Below, one piece after another: positions 1-11,605 of a stretch of DNA of 64,000 nt. The stretch's first letter is position 1, and every line of letters begins with the position of its first letter. Source of the stretch: the human T2T-CHM13v2.0 reference genome, Homo sapiens. Position numbers and translations under genes: made by a program. Location of the stretch: the NCBI RefSeq assembly GCF_009914755.1, contig NC_060931.1, one strand, 5' to 3'. The notes beneath the pieces are model-generated. The model was not told where the DNA came from and did not search any database. It worked only from the letters and a program-made list of their open reading frames with translations.

Positions 1-679
1 CTGACGATAATCTCCACTGAGGAGAATGTTTGTTCTAATAATGAATACATAGGGCTCAGTTTCTACTTTCCTTAATTTTCCCAACAGCTACAGAGAGGTC
101 TCTTGGTTCCTTAATAATATTATTTATTTTCTCTTCCTGGTGATATTACTGTGGCCTACTTGATTTTAAAGGCTTGGCTATACATTTTAAAAATTCATTA
201 ATGATGGAAAATAAAAAAGATACATTCATACCAAATAATTATGCCTAAGAAAATTCAAGCTTTCATTGTGTTTTAACCTGTTGGCCAGAGCTGGCCATTT
301 GTATGTATTAAAAAGGCAGCTACCAACTATAATGACTGATTAAGGGACATACATCAACACCCCATTCCTCTTTGACCTCCATGTATCTGTCAAATTGGCT
401 AAAGATCTTAACATTAGGATCATCCTTGAATAGCCATCTTAAGGATTTAAGAGTTTGAATTTACATGGGATAAGAAACATTTTACCTGGTTAATATAGGA
501 GCTTGGCTAATTTACATGGATACCCCAATATCCCACTTATCTCTTAGCAGAGAGCAGGGCTCAGAGGGGAACTGAAAGTAAGAACAAAACTGAAAGGAAG
601 TTGATAAAGAAAGACTTGGAACAGGAATTCCTGCCTAGGCCCAGTCCTGGATGCCTACAGAATGGCTCAAGGATGCTAG

Positions 680-790
680 GGCTTACTTCTTATTACACCT
701 TGAATGCCTAGCGCAGGGCCTGGCGCTGAATGAATGAATAAAGGAATGAATGTGTGGGTGTCAAGGTGAGAGGGTGTTTAATAAGTGTTG
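680..790 (+). mobile_element. L2 LINE 3' end relic
   Basis: cctagcgcagggcctggcgctgaatgaatgaat resembles the L2 3' terminus with its (TGAA)n tail; boundaries approximate. Confidence 0.6.
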
Positions 791-2119
791 ATGGTGGGGG
801 CAGCCTCATAAAAATGACAGTAGATGGATGGGGGTTGCATGGGTGTATAGGGGATAAATTTTTAGAAATTTTTTTAAAGAGCAACTCTCAAGGCCTGGAA
901 TTTGTTTTGTGAACAGTCCCACAAAGCAGTTGCCTCTCACAGATTTACTGCATTTAGAAAAGTCCAGGTCCTCTTTCATGCTTTTCTCCCTGCACCCTAG
1001 CCCCAGAGTGTTAGCCATATTTTCTTCATGGCCATTGCATGGAACACCATCAATAAACTCAGCCTTTGTCCAGTAGACGGTGCTGTTGTACTCTGGCCCT
1101 GCTGCTGATGGCATCCTTCTTCCTCGTTAGTGTTTCATCACAGGATTTTATAATGAAAAGGTTCTCAGACATTTGGGGAAAGGCTTTTTTCCCCCCAAAC
1201 TAGATGCAAAAATATCTTTTCACACGGGGCTCACCCCTCATGTCTTTTCAAAGAAGCACAGGAAAAAAAAAAGAAAATATTCATGTTTTTCCTGTTCTGG
1301 GAAACAAAAGAAAACAAAACAACAACCCAAATCTCTCAGGGATGAGGTCCTGACACCTTTGGCTGAATTAAGCTGTTGGGAGACAAGGAAGAGGTAATAG
1401 TGGTCAGGTAATCTCAACACTCAACCGCCATCCTGTTTTGGTGGAGGGCCCCAAGTAACACACTTGGTGGGAGGCCTGGGCTGAGCAGGATGGGTCTTCC
1501 TCCCAGGAGCCTGGGAGAACACAAGGCCAATTGTGAGGCAAGGTGCATGGGCTGCTGCAGGAGGGCTTGGGCAGCAGCTGTCCCCAGATGCCCACTGCCA
1601 ATAAGTCTACAGAGCAGCACTGGCTGTGGCCTCAAAGGGACCGAGGAAGCTGCCACCCTGGCCTGGGGTCAAACTGTGTGTGGTGACAGGGAAAGGAATG
1701 TGGACTTTGGCAGAGTAAAGAGCGGAAATATGGGAGCCCAAGAGAAAAGCCACCTGGGCTTGTTGAAGCTTTACCACCAGCCAGGGAGGGCAGTGTTTCT
1801 TGTCCCTCAAGATGTGGTTTAGGAAGCCCCAATCTGTTAGGTGCTTTGAGAAGTCTCCCTCTCTATGAGGTACCATCTCACTAAATAAAAGGAGCTATTC
1901 AGTGCAGGGGAAAACTCACTGTTGGGTGCATTCCACGGAGAGTAAAGGCACATCAAAGAAAAAAGTCCTTTAACACACAGATTTCTCCTTGACTTGGATT
2001 GTTGTAAAACTAGTGTGCAACTAAGAATTACAGAAAATCTTCAAAGGGAGAAATTACTTAGTGAAAAATTTTCATTATAGCCATGAATGGTGATAAGCAG
2101 GTTGGATTAGGGATGTGAC

Positions 2120-2325
2120 CATCCGGGTCTTTCACTTTTCTAGGTCTGATGGATTTGGATACATCACAATATCTCTGAGTCTCAGTTTCATTCCTGTAAA
2201 ACGGCATACTCATTCCTGTCCTATCTCCCTCATTAGGTTGAGCATTCTGAGACTCAGAGAAGTTCACTCATGTGGAAAAACAGTTTGTCAGTTCTAAAGT
2301 TCCATGCAAGTGTGAAGATTTATAT
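2120..2325 (+). mobile_element. MIR/MIR3 SINE relic (contains a foreign 33-bp patch, see findings)
   Basis: ctctgagtctcagtttcattcctgtaaaacgg matches the MIR core (ctctgagcctcagtttcctcatctgtaaaatgg), followed by a MIR3-like 3' tail. Confidence 0.65.
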
Positions 2326-4152
2326 TAGCTAGGAATTACATCCTTTTCCTCCCGTCTGCAGAACACCTCCCTGCCACAGTGCAGAATACAGAAGTTTTAC
2401 ACATAGTAAATATTAAAATGAAGAGACAAAAAGGCAAAAACAAAAATGCATGTGGTTACTGAGCAAACACTGAGATGGAATTATTTCACATTGCAGTGAA
2501 CAAAGGGACATTTCCAGTATTATTCCCAATCCTATACAGTTGGTGTTCCAAAGGCCAGGTAGTTGCATGTTACTGTAAAGCCCTGCATTCAACAATCTTC
2601 AACGTTTAGCTTTTTCATAGCTTGACCCATTGTTTCTTAGCTGATTAGTACAGTTGTAAACCAGAAAAGACTGGTCTGTGACCTTAGAAGGTTGAACAAA
2701 TAATGCTCCATCCAAGTTGTAATTACACAAGAGATAAAACAAAGACACATGTGAGCCCATTTGTAATAATCCCTCAATGCTGATATGAAACTGTTCATGT
2801 CAAACTGATTTCTATAGAGAGCAGAGCAAATAGGAATTAAAATAGTATATACCTATAATATGAGATAAGATTCTAGGAAATATAATTAACTTCTATAACT
2901 GACAGAAATGCTCTAGGAACTGAAAGAAAGCAGAAAAAATTGCATTGTTAAAGACCTTAAGTTTTTCAGAAAACTCCCCAAAGTGAACTGCTTTAAATTC
3001 TTTTTACAACAAGACAGGAAATAACCAAATGCTGATAGGCACACATTAAAATAAGTCCAGAATTCTTTTCTGTACATATTTTTAGTCTATATCTATCTGG
3101 CCAAAAGGAATACAGAATTAGAATAACTGGCTGGTGAAATTAATTCACAGAAGGGAACCAAATAATCATTTAGTCTAACAACTGAAAGCAGATATTAAAA
3201 CCAGATTTTTTGGTTTGTTTTGTGCTTCCCCTGCTTCTCATTGTCTCCCTGCCCAAAAAGAGCAGTTTCAATCGCTTATCTCCTGTCTGTCTCTGTTTTA
3301 TGCATCATTGCTATGCCCTGCATGACTGAAATGGTCACTGGGACTGGGAGTGCAAAGGAATTTTGAAGTTAAAACTACAGGAGTTATGAAAAACAACCAC
3401 TTAATCACAAAATTCAATTCAACTTCCAAACAATGTCTAGAGTTAGGAGGAGAGTTAGTTAAACAGCCAGCAGCATGATGAACTATTCTGCAACCACTTA
3501 AATCAATGCAAATGTTTACAACACAAGGCAAGGAAGAATTAATAGAATTCATAATAGGACTGCACGTGATCTGAAATCTATGTACAAGTAGAAGGAACAT
3601 AGAAAATACATGGATTATGGTCATGTACTTCCTGATAACTTACTCATTTTAATAGTTTTTGAATTGTATTTAAAAACATTAATGCTGCTTTTATTTAGTT
3701 TAAAAAAATTGTTGTTCAGACTGACATTTTGATCTTTCTAAAAAAGAAAAAAAATCTAGGACCTTGTCCGTGTTCAACTTCAGGATGGGTTTATTTTCTA
3801 GTACATGCTGAAAGGCTTTGTATTCATGCTCTTTAATGTTTTCCTCTGGATGATGTCCAAAGTTCTGCTGCTGCCCTCCTAAGTGCAAGGTTGCCTGAAT
3901 TGGACAAATATTTAATATATTTCTCCTGGATAAATTTACCTTACTCAGCTTTTAAAATGTTCATATGTAATAAGCAGTATCATAATATGCTCCATGATAT
4001 CTTTTCATTTCATTTAAATTTGATTTTTAAAATTTTTTTGACATTTGAATAGAATCAATTTTAATACAAAAAGGGAGGCAATTTGGCATTATGTGCTTCC
4101 TGATGTGTTGCTATAAAAAGTACTTAATTTTTACCATGAGTGTAAATATAAC

Positions 4153-4707
4153 AAAATGGGAAAAAATAGTATTTTTCAGTAAATGATGCTGGAACAACTT
4201 CATATCTACAGGTAGAAGAATGAATCTGGATCCCTACCTCACAACCTATACAGAAATTAACTCCAGCTGGATCATTAAATCTAAACATAAGAGTGAAAAT
4301 TGTAAGCTCTTAGAAAAAATGCAGTGGTAAATACTTATGAATTCGAATTAGACAATGGTTTTTAGATATGAAAACAAAAACACAAGCAACAAAGGAAAAA
4401 GTAGATTTGATGACTGGACATCATTATAATGAGAAACTTTTGTGCTTCAAAGGACATCACCTAGAAAGTGAAAAGGCAACATGCAGAATGAAAGAAAAAT
4501 TTGCAAGTCATATAACTGGTAAGGGACTTGAATCTAGAATATGTAAAGAACTCTTACAACTCAATGAAAATAGGAAAACCCAATGATAAAATGGGCAAAG
4601 GATATAAAAAGACAGTTCTCCAAAGAACACATGCACAATAAATGCATGAACAGATGCTCTTATTAGCCATGAGGGAAATGCAAATCAAAACCACAATAGG
4701 ATACCAT
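4153..4707 (+). mobile_element. Old L1 (L1M) fragment, 3' part of ORF2
   Basis: aaatgatgctggaacaact, ggatccctacctcacaacctatacagaaattaactcc and gggaaatgcaaatcaaaaccacaat; ORF 4368-4586 resembles degenerate L1 ORF2 C-terminus. Confidence 0.9.
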
Positions 4708-4849
4708 AATTGGGCATTTCTGTAGCACACTATGAAAAGTGCTGATGGTACAAGAAAAGAGATACCAGAGCAGTAGTGAGGGCAGCTGTGGTAAACAAAG
4801 CTCTTATGATCCTGAAAATCCTGAGTTCAGATTCAGCAAACGTGGAGTG

Positions 4850-5055
4850 GGATCCTATGTGCCATGACAGGCATCACACCAGACTCATTTAATGACTTCT
4901 CACTCAACTAGCCTACTCTCTGTTGTTGAATTGTTAACTCTATTTTACAAATGAGCATTCTGAGACTCAGAGAAGTTCAGTCATCGGCAAAAGTTAGCAG
5001 GTGAGAGGGTGTTTTTGAACTCTAATCTGATTTCATATCTAGGGTTTTTTCCATT
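4850..5055 (-). mobile_element. MIR SINE relic
   Basis: tattttacaaatgag...tgagactcagagaagtt matches the antisense MIR core. Confidence 0.7.
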
Positions 5056-5136
5056 GCAACTTGCTCCAAAAAATTGGATTTGATAAATTTATTTCTTTAT
5101 TTTTACATAAAGTGTTTTAGGTGCTTAAAAAATTAA

Positions 5137-5464
<328 letters not shown>

Positions 5465-5974
5465 TCAATCACATCTTAAAACAAATAAATACGAGGCACC
5501 AGGAAGGCAAAAAAAAAAAAAAGAAGGTGGGACTAGAAAAAGATGAGGTCGATAAGACACTAACATAACCACAAAGGATTCCAACAAAACTATTTTATTC
5601 TTAACAAATCAAAGGGTGCTAGAATGATCATAATGTCACCCAACTTATAGGTGGCACATTTGTTTCTACCTGACCAACATAAGCCTGGGTATGATCTCTT
5701 AGCTCTGCCAGTTAGCAGAGCTCAAGACTGACAGATTTAACGCAAGGGTCATCTTTTTGTCTAAGTAGGGAAGGTGGTGTTGCCCAAAGACGTGAGACAA
5801 GTGACTTCTCTATTGATGGTGACCTCTTGGAGCCATGGGGACTGACACTCCTAGTTCCAAGTGGCCCAGCACTCTGGGCCAGGCATGAGGGCAGGACAAG
5901 GAGCCAAGGACACAAACCAATTTAATAAAAACAAGAACTAAAATATCAGAAGGACTTATTTTCTTTAGGAGAGG

Positions 5975-6140
5975 CAGTTTGGGATGGTGAGGAGAAAGAA
6001 AAGTTACCTCAGAGGACTGGCAGACAGGACACCTGGGTTTTAGTCCTGGGTCTTTTACCAAGAGCTGGATGAGTTTGGGTAAATTACATTGCTATTTTGG
6101 GCTTCCATTTTTCATATATAAAATGAGGATGTTGAATTTC
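5975..6140 (+). mobile_element. MIR SINE relic
   Basis: gacacctgggttttagtcctgg...ttgggtaaattac...ttttcatatataaaatgagg. Confidence 0.6.
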
Positions 6141-6216
6141 CTGACTTGCTCTCTTTCCCAACTGCCATCTCTCTCTTTAAGGCATGTTTTGACAGGGGTC
6201 CCTAATTTGCTGGTAG

Positions 6217-7266
6217 ATCCAAAGATTCAGGACTGAGGTAAACCTAAAACCTTTGCTCATCGGGGCATTCCAAGGCTTTGGGGACAAAAAGGTACCTCTG
6301 CCTCAAATGTCGATTGGCAATTTTTCTTTATCCAGATGATCCTGTTTTGACTGGACCACCAATAGCATTTTTGAGAGAATTGAAAATTTTATGAGCTTTC
6401 CCTCAAGATGGGCTCAAGGAATGCTTAACATAAAGGCACAAATATTATGGAGCTGAAGAAAGAAAAAAAAGAGAACTGATAAAAAGGGACTTTCTGTAGA
6501 CCAGACTGGACTGAAGTCCAACAGAAGTCCTCTGATGAAGATAGAGGGGTCAGTGGAAACCAGAGAAAGATTAATTCTGTATTCAATAAACTGGATGCTT
6601 GTCAAATTTGAGACTTCATGCTGGTTAGTCAGAGATAATATTCTATTACAGATAACTCTTCAAGAAGTTTTAAGTTCAGAGGTGATATAAAAATATACAC
6701 AAGTACAATAATATAGGGTAAAAAGGTTGTTTCATTAGAAATAGAGGTAGAGATAAAAGTGCTACTATGACTGTAATGATAAAGGCACAACACCTGATGA
6801 TAATAAACAATGTCAGGAAATGAGATTTGAACTGTGAGTATAATAAAAGCATACAGAAAGGAAGCCAGGTGAAGGAAGTTAAAGACAGCCCCAACTGTAA
6901 ACTGTAGAGAGTCAATGTATGAATTCTGTTTAGTGTTCAACCCCGAACAAAATCAGAATTTAAAGACCCTCTAATCTTCCTGGGACTCGGATCACTCTTT
7001 TTATCAGTTTTCTTTTTTAAATTTCTCCAGCTCCATAATATTTGTGCCTTTATGTTAAGCATTCCTTGAGCCCATCTTGAGGGAAAGCTCATAAAATTTT
7101 CAATTCTCTGAAAAACATTATTGGTGATCCAGTCAAACCAGGATCATCTGGATGAAGAAAAGTTGCCAAACAATACTTGAGAACGAGGTATGTTTTTCCC
7201 CAAAAGCCTTGGAATGCCCCAATGAGCAAAGGTTTTAGATTTACCTCAGCTGTGAATACTTTGGAT
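6217..7266. repeat. Long inverted repeat: arms 6217-6486 and 6997-7266 (270 bp each), 510-bp spacer, 82-bp perfect core (6374-6455 / 7028-7109)
   Basis: Manual alignment of the left arm with the reverse complement of the right arm; roughly 85% identity outside the core, 100% inside. Confidence 0.97.
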
Positions 7267-7509
7267 GCAGCCTGCCGTCCCTGAGTCCTGGATTGTTCTG
7301 TGGGTGAGAGCAGAGCTTCTGTTCTGTCATCATCTGGCTGTTTTGGTCATGTGGTCATATCAAGGTTTAATGAAAGAAAGCTAAATGGTGTTGCAATGAC
7401 ATACTGAAGTGATTAAAAGTTTAAAAATGTCATGCAAATTCTAATTTACCTCAGGAATATGTTTGAATTAAGGCTTTGCTTTTTTCTGTTGTCTAAAGAT
7501 GGAGCCAGA

Positions 7510-7710
7510 TGCAGGTTTTATAGCGGTAAGAATCCAGGATTTGGGGTCGAGTTCCAGCTCCAGAGCTCACTCAAATTAAACTTGAGCACATCACTTACCA
7601 CTTTGAGCCTTAGCTTCCTTATCTGTAAAATGGGGTTTATAAAACTTTGTGTCTACCCTACTGGATTCTATAAGGATCAAATTAAATGAGGTCACATTTA
7701 AGTCAGCACT
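7510..7710 (+). mobile_element. MIR SINE relic
   Basis: tcacttaccactttgagccttagcttccttatctgtaaaatgggg...aaggatcaaattaaatgag. Confidence 0.75.
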
Positions 7711-8172
7711 TTCCTCCTCCTTCATGGCAGAAATGTGTCTTGTGCATCTTTATTTTTTTAACCCCTAACCCATAATGTTGCATATTCTAGACACTTGATA
7801 ATTTATGTTCAATTGTGTTGCCCTTTAAATAAGTCACACTGGGCATTGCTATGGCCTTTTATGTGAATGTAGATTTGACTGCCCCAGTGGCTAGTTATTC
7901 CTTAGGTCCATCATACCAGATCAAGGTGAGCTTCTCTGATGAAGAACAGTGCAGTCTTCCTCTGCTGGAACCATTGATGTTTCCATTATAGCGCACCATT
8001 TTTCTGTGGTTGCCACTCATCAGTACACACACAGTGTTATTTGTCATATAAAAGGACTTTCCGTTCAAGAGCCTAGGGTCTGTTCTGTGTTAGCTAGGCA
8101 CTATCCACCATGGGATGGCTTAGAACACTGCTCAGCAGGAAATCATGTTGTAAATGATTTGTTTTATTTCAG

Positions 8173-8374
8173 TCTTGTCATCCTGTGTAGCTCTGCACTG
8201 CTTTATCCAGGCGGTGGAAAAAGCTTTGAGTGTGAGTGGCCAGAATCAAGTGGTGTTCTCTCACTTCATCACGTTTGGCACATTTTCTCTCTGGACAAAT
8301 CCAGTGGACATTTTGCAGACCTGCTAATCTCAGGAAGACTGAAGTTTTTAGAAGATCGCTCTTCATATTTAGGG
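8173..8374 (+). other. Candidate internal exon (202 nt), probably noncoding
   Basis: Acceptor gttttatttcag| at 8172 and consensus donor GGG|GTAAGT at 8375, in non-repeat sequence; no transcript evidence available. Confidence 0.35.
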
Positions 8375-9029
8375 GTAAGTGGTAAGAGGGAGGAAATGCT
8401 CACTACTGTTTGGGTCGTGTTTTCTTAGCTTGGCAAAGAATTATAACTTAATGGTATTGATTAATGACTCACCCAGGAGACACAGTCTAGTAGTTTGGGC
8501 TTAATGAGACTGAGTGCCTATTTTGCTTTTCAATCTCTCAAGATCTTTAGCAACTGTAAAATATCTACTTCCCTAGTTTACTTTTGGGAGCAGATTACAT
8601 CAAAGAAATACTATTTCCATAGTCTTCTGGAGAATGTCACCTCCCAAGGAATAGTATGTCTGATTTCATAGAGATAGCAAGGCTTGAGCATTTAAACTCT
8701 CTTAAAATGCTTTCTGAAATTCTATTGTTTGATTTGATATTTGATTCTAGAACATTTCATTAGGGAAGAATAGACTGTTAGACTCACTTGATGGATAAGT
8801 CTGCAGATTAGACTCAGGGTGGAGCACACAGAGGTTTGGTGCCCCTCATTCAACCTTGGCATTCTCTGTCACGACAGTTAGGTGGGTTTCTAATGACCTT
8901 TCTGAGCCCCTTCCTAGCTAAAGTGTAAGTCTCTTTAGAGTAGGAGCTAGATCTTATTCCTATTTGGTTTCTCTGTTGATAGTGGTTCCATATGTTAGTT
9001 GCCGCTGTCAATGAATGTTTTACTCATCA

Positions 9030-9400
9030 GTATATACATTTATGCAACAAAAAATTGAATACGTTCTAAGCAAAAAAGCCACACATGTGAGCCAAACCAA
9101 GCCCCTGCCTTCATGGAGCTTGCTTTCTAGTGGTAGAGAAAGCAATCCATGACAAATCAAATAAACATTCAATATTGTATTAGGTAACTATAAGTACTAT
9201 AAAAAAAATGAAGCAGATTAAAGGGATAGAGAGTCACAAAGAGTACCGTTTTAGATCAGGCAGCCAAGAAGTGTCATTCAGAGGAAGTGATATTTGAGCA
9301 GAGGCCTAAATGTAGAGGGGAAGAGAGCTGTGCAGATGGATATCTAAGGGAAGTTCGTTCCAGACAGATGGACACAGAAAGTCCGAAGACAATAGGAATT
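9030..9400 (-). mobile_element. L2 LINE relic
   Basis: cccctgccttcatggagcttgctttctagtgg and gaggaagtgatatttgagcagaggcctaaatg are typical antisense L2 3' region. Confidence 0.75.
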
Positions 9401-9479
9401 TTGGTTAAGAAACTGGTCTCTGGAATTGGGTTGGCTGGGTACCAATACTGGCTCTGCCACTCTAGCTCTGCATGAAAAA

Positions 9480-9850
9480 TAGTGATGATGATAGCTGATG
9501 TTCATTAAGTACTTACCATGTGTCAGTTAGAATGCTAAGCCCTTTACATGGTTCTCTTATTTAATTCTTATTTATTTTTTGTTTAAAAAAAAAAAGAGAC
9601 AGGATCTCACTATGTTGACCAGGCTGGTCTCAAACTCCCGGCCTGAAGCAATCCTCCTGCCTCAGCTTCCTAAAGTGCTGGCATTACAGCATGAGCCACC
9701 ATTTCGGCTCTCTCTTGTTTAATTCTCACATCAATCCTACAAAATTCGGATGGTTTTGAATCCCATTCTACCAACAAGGAAACGAGGCAAAAAGAGCTCA
9801 GTGAAGAGTGGCGCCAGGATTCAACCCTTGCAATTTGAATCAAGAGCCAA
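9480..9850 (-). mobile_element. MIR relic interrupted by a FLAM
   Basis: aagtacttaccatgtgtcag...ttacatg, resuming as atttaattctcaca...cccattcta...gaaacgaggc...ggattcaaccc. Confidence 0.65.
9569..9710 (-). mobile_element. FLAM (free left Alu monomer)
   Basis: gagacaggatctcactatgttgaccaggctggtctcaaactcc...gtgctggcattacagcatgagccacc; TSD tctctt(a/g)tttaattct at 9553-9568 and 9711-9726. Confidence 0.9.
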
Positions 9851-10159
9851 TAGTTTTAACACAAAATAAAATGTGGAATGAGCATGGCCAGATGTGGGAA
9901 AGTTGGGACATTTGCCCTTTGTAGTTTTCCCTTCTCCTGCCAATGACCTCCTTTCCTCCAGCCCTGCTTAGCCTTCTAAGGTGATTTGGGAGGGTGTACC
10001 CATGCATTACTACCTCTTGTTCTGGACCTTTCCCTACAAAAATCATTCCTGGTTCCCACCCCTTGGAGAACAGCCATCTTGGTCTAAGGAAACTGTCAAG
10101 GGAGGCTCAACAAAAGTGCCAGTAAAAATTGTGACTTAGTAGAAATAGCAAAAAATGGT

Positions 10160-10313
10160 AAGTCTTGGCTCTGCAAGCTGTGTGACCTAGGCCAAGTCAT
10201 TGGCTTTCTGAGCCTCAGTTTCCTCCTACATAAAATGGATTGATATTATTTCTACTGCCTATCTCATCTAATACTATTTCTCCTGTGCAAATCAAATGAG
10301 GTCATGTGTGATA
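10160..10313 (+). mobile_element. MIR SINE relic
   Basis: gctgtgtgacctaggccaagtca...ctgagcctcagtttcctcctacataaaatgg. Confidence 0.75.
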
Positions 10314-10452
10314 ACATAAAATATACAATAAAATATAAGTGATATATATAGCACAGCATATTATATATATAGTATACATAAAATATACAATAAAATATAA
10401 GTGATATTTATAGCACAGCATATTTTATATAATTTTATAAGCACAGCATATT
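10314..10452. repeat. AT-rich tandem duplication: 49-bp copies at 10314-10362 and 10376-10424 plus a partial third copy
   Basis: acataaaatatacaataaaatataagtgatat(a/t)tatagcacagcatatt occurs twice with one mismatch; agcacagcatatt recurs at 10440-10452. Confidence 0.9.
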
Positions 10453-10953
10453 GTAATAGATTTGCAAACATATCCTGTGATATTTAACTTCTTGATTATC
10501 AGAATGTATTACTGTGACAAACTGCTGGCCCCATTCTATATTTCCATCTCTGACGTCATGGCCTCCTATGCCTTCCAATTCTTCAAATTTCATTTCTCAG
10601 GACAGTAAAAATGTTACTTGGAATTTCACCAACAGTTTACTCTAAAACTGTTGCTTCTTTAAACTAGATAAATTAGAGCAGTTTGTATCTTTTGGAATGG
10701 AAGCTATTTGACTGTAATTTCTACCACATGTATTTATTTTATTGTAGGAATAAAATAACAAAAAATATCAGTTAACCAGAATGCTAGGAGGAATGAGAAG
10801 TTTTAAATAACTAATTATTGGTTAATTAAAAGGCAAAAATGAATTAGAAACTCCTTCCTCTTTTTATACTGTAGAATGTATATTTTATATCCATCATTTA
10901 CTCCTCTGACTTCGCAGGAAGGGTACAGTGAGGGTAAATAAACAACCATGTAA

Positions 10954-11010
10954 GTGTGTGTGCGTGTGTGTGTGTATGTGAGAGAGAGAGACAGAGAGAG
11001 AAAGAGACAG
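10954..11010. repeat. (TG)n(AG)n compound microsatellite
   Basis: gtgtgtgtgcgtgtgtg followed by agagagagag. Confidence 0.9.
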
Positions 11011-11169
11011 TTTTAACAGATCTGCCATTTTCAGCATCTCTGCTCTGTGTACAACACTATAGGCAGTCATAGGCAACATAGGAAGTTGAGTTAATGACAG
11101 AATGACCTTAGATCCACAAACACTTGGAATAGGGAAGACTCATTACACATTAAAAGGACGTTAAAAGCT

Positions 11170-11605
11170 ACATAGTGGTTAAGGGCTCGGGCTCTATGCC
11201 AGTTCACTTAGGTTGGAATCCTGGATTGGTTACTTAGTAGCTCTGTGACCCTGGATAAGTTACTTAACTTCTCTGAGTCTCTAATTTCCTTATGGGCAAA
11301 ATGAGGATGATAATAATGATACCTACTTCATAGAATCATTCAAGTAAAGGTAGTACCTCATGCATAATAAAAGTGCCCTATGAAGGTTGGAATTATTGCT
11401 GTTGTTGGTTGTAATGAACACTTACTAGGTCTTTAACATAGTCATTTACAACTCCATGAAGGAAGTACTGTTATTATCTCTATTTTATAGCTGAGCAAAT
11501 TGAAGAATAGACATAGTAAGTAACTTGCCTGAGACTCATTGTTACTAGCTGATGTGTACCCATCCCACATATGCCTGGCTCCAAATACATGGTCCTAATC
11601 ACCAT
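11170..11605. mobile_element. Two adjacent MIRs in opposite orientation (~11170-11400 +, ~11415-11605 -)
   Basis: gtgaccctggataagttacttaacttctctgagtctc (+) and tattttatagctgagcaaattgaag...aagtaacttgcctgag (-). Confidence 0.75.

Noticed and set aside
806-1114. 102-aa minus-strand ATG ORF (MPSAAGPEYNSTVYW...) with a possible weak donor near 940
   Set aside because: No recognisable homology or domain and no CpG-island promoter; length is within chance expectation. Needs a protein search or PhyloCSF to revisit.
7949-8428. 159-codon ORF overlapping a candidate exon
   Set aside because: Starts at GTG and has no recognisable protein features; only the splice-site pattern is kept as a low-confidence feature.
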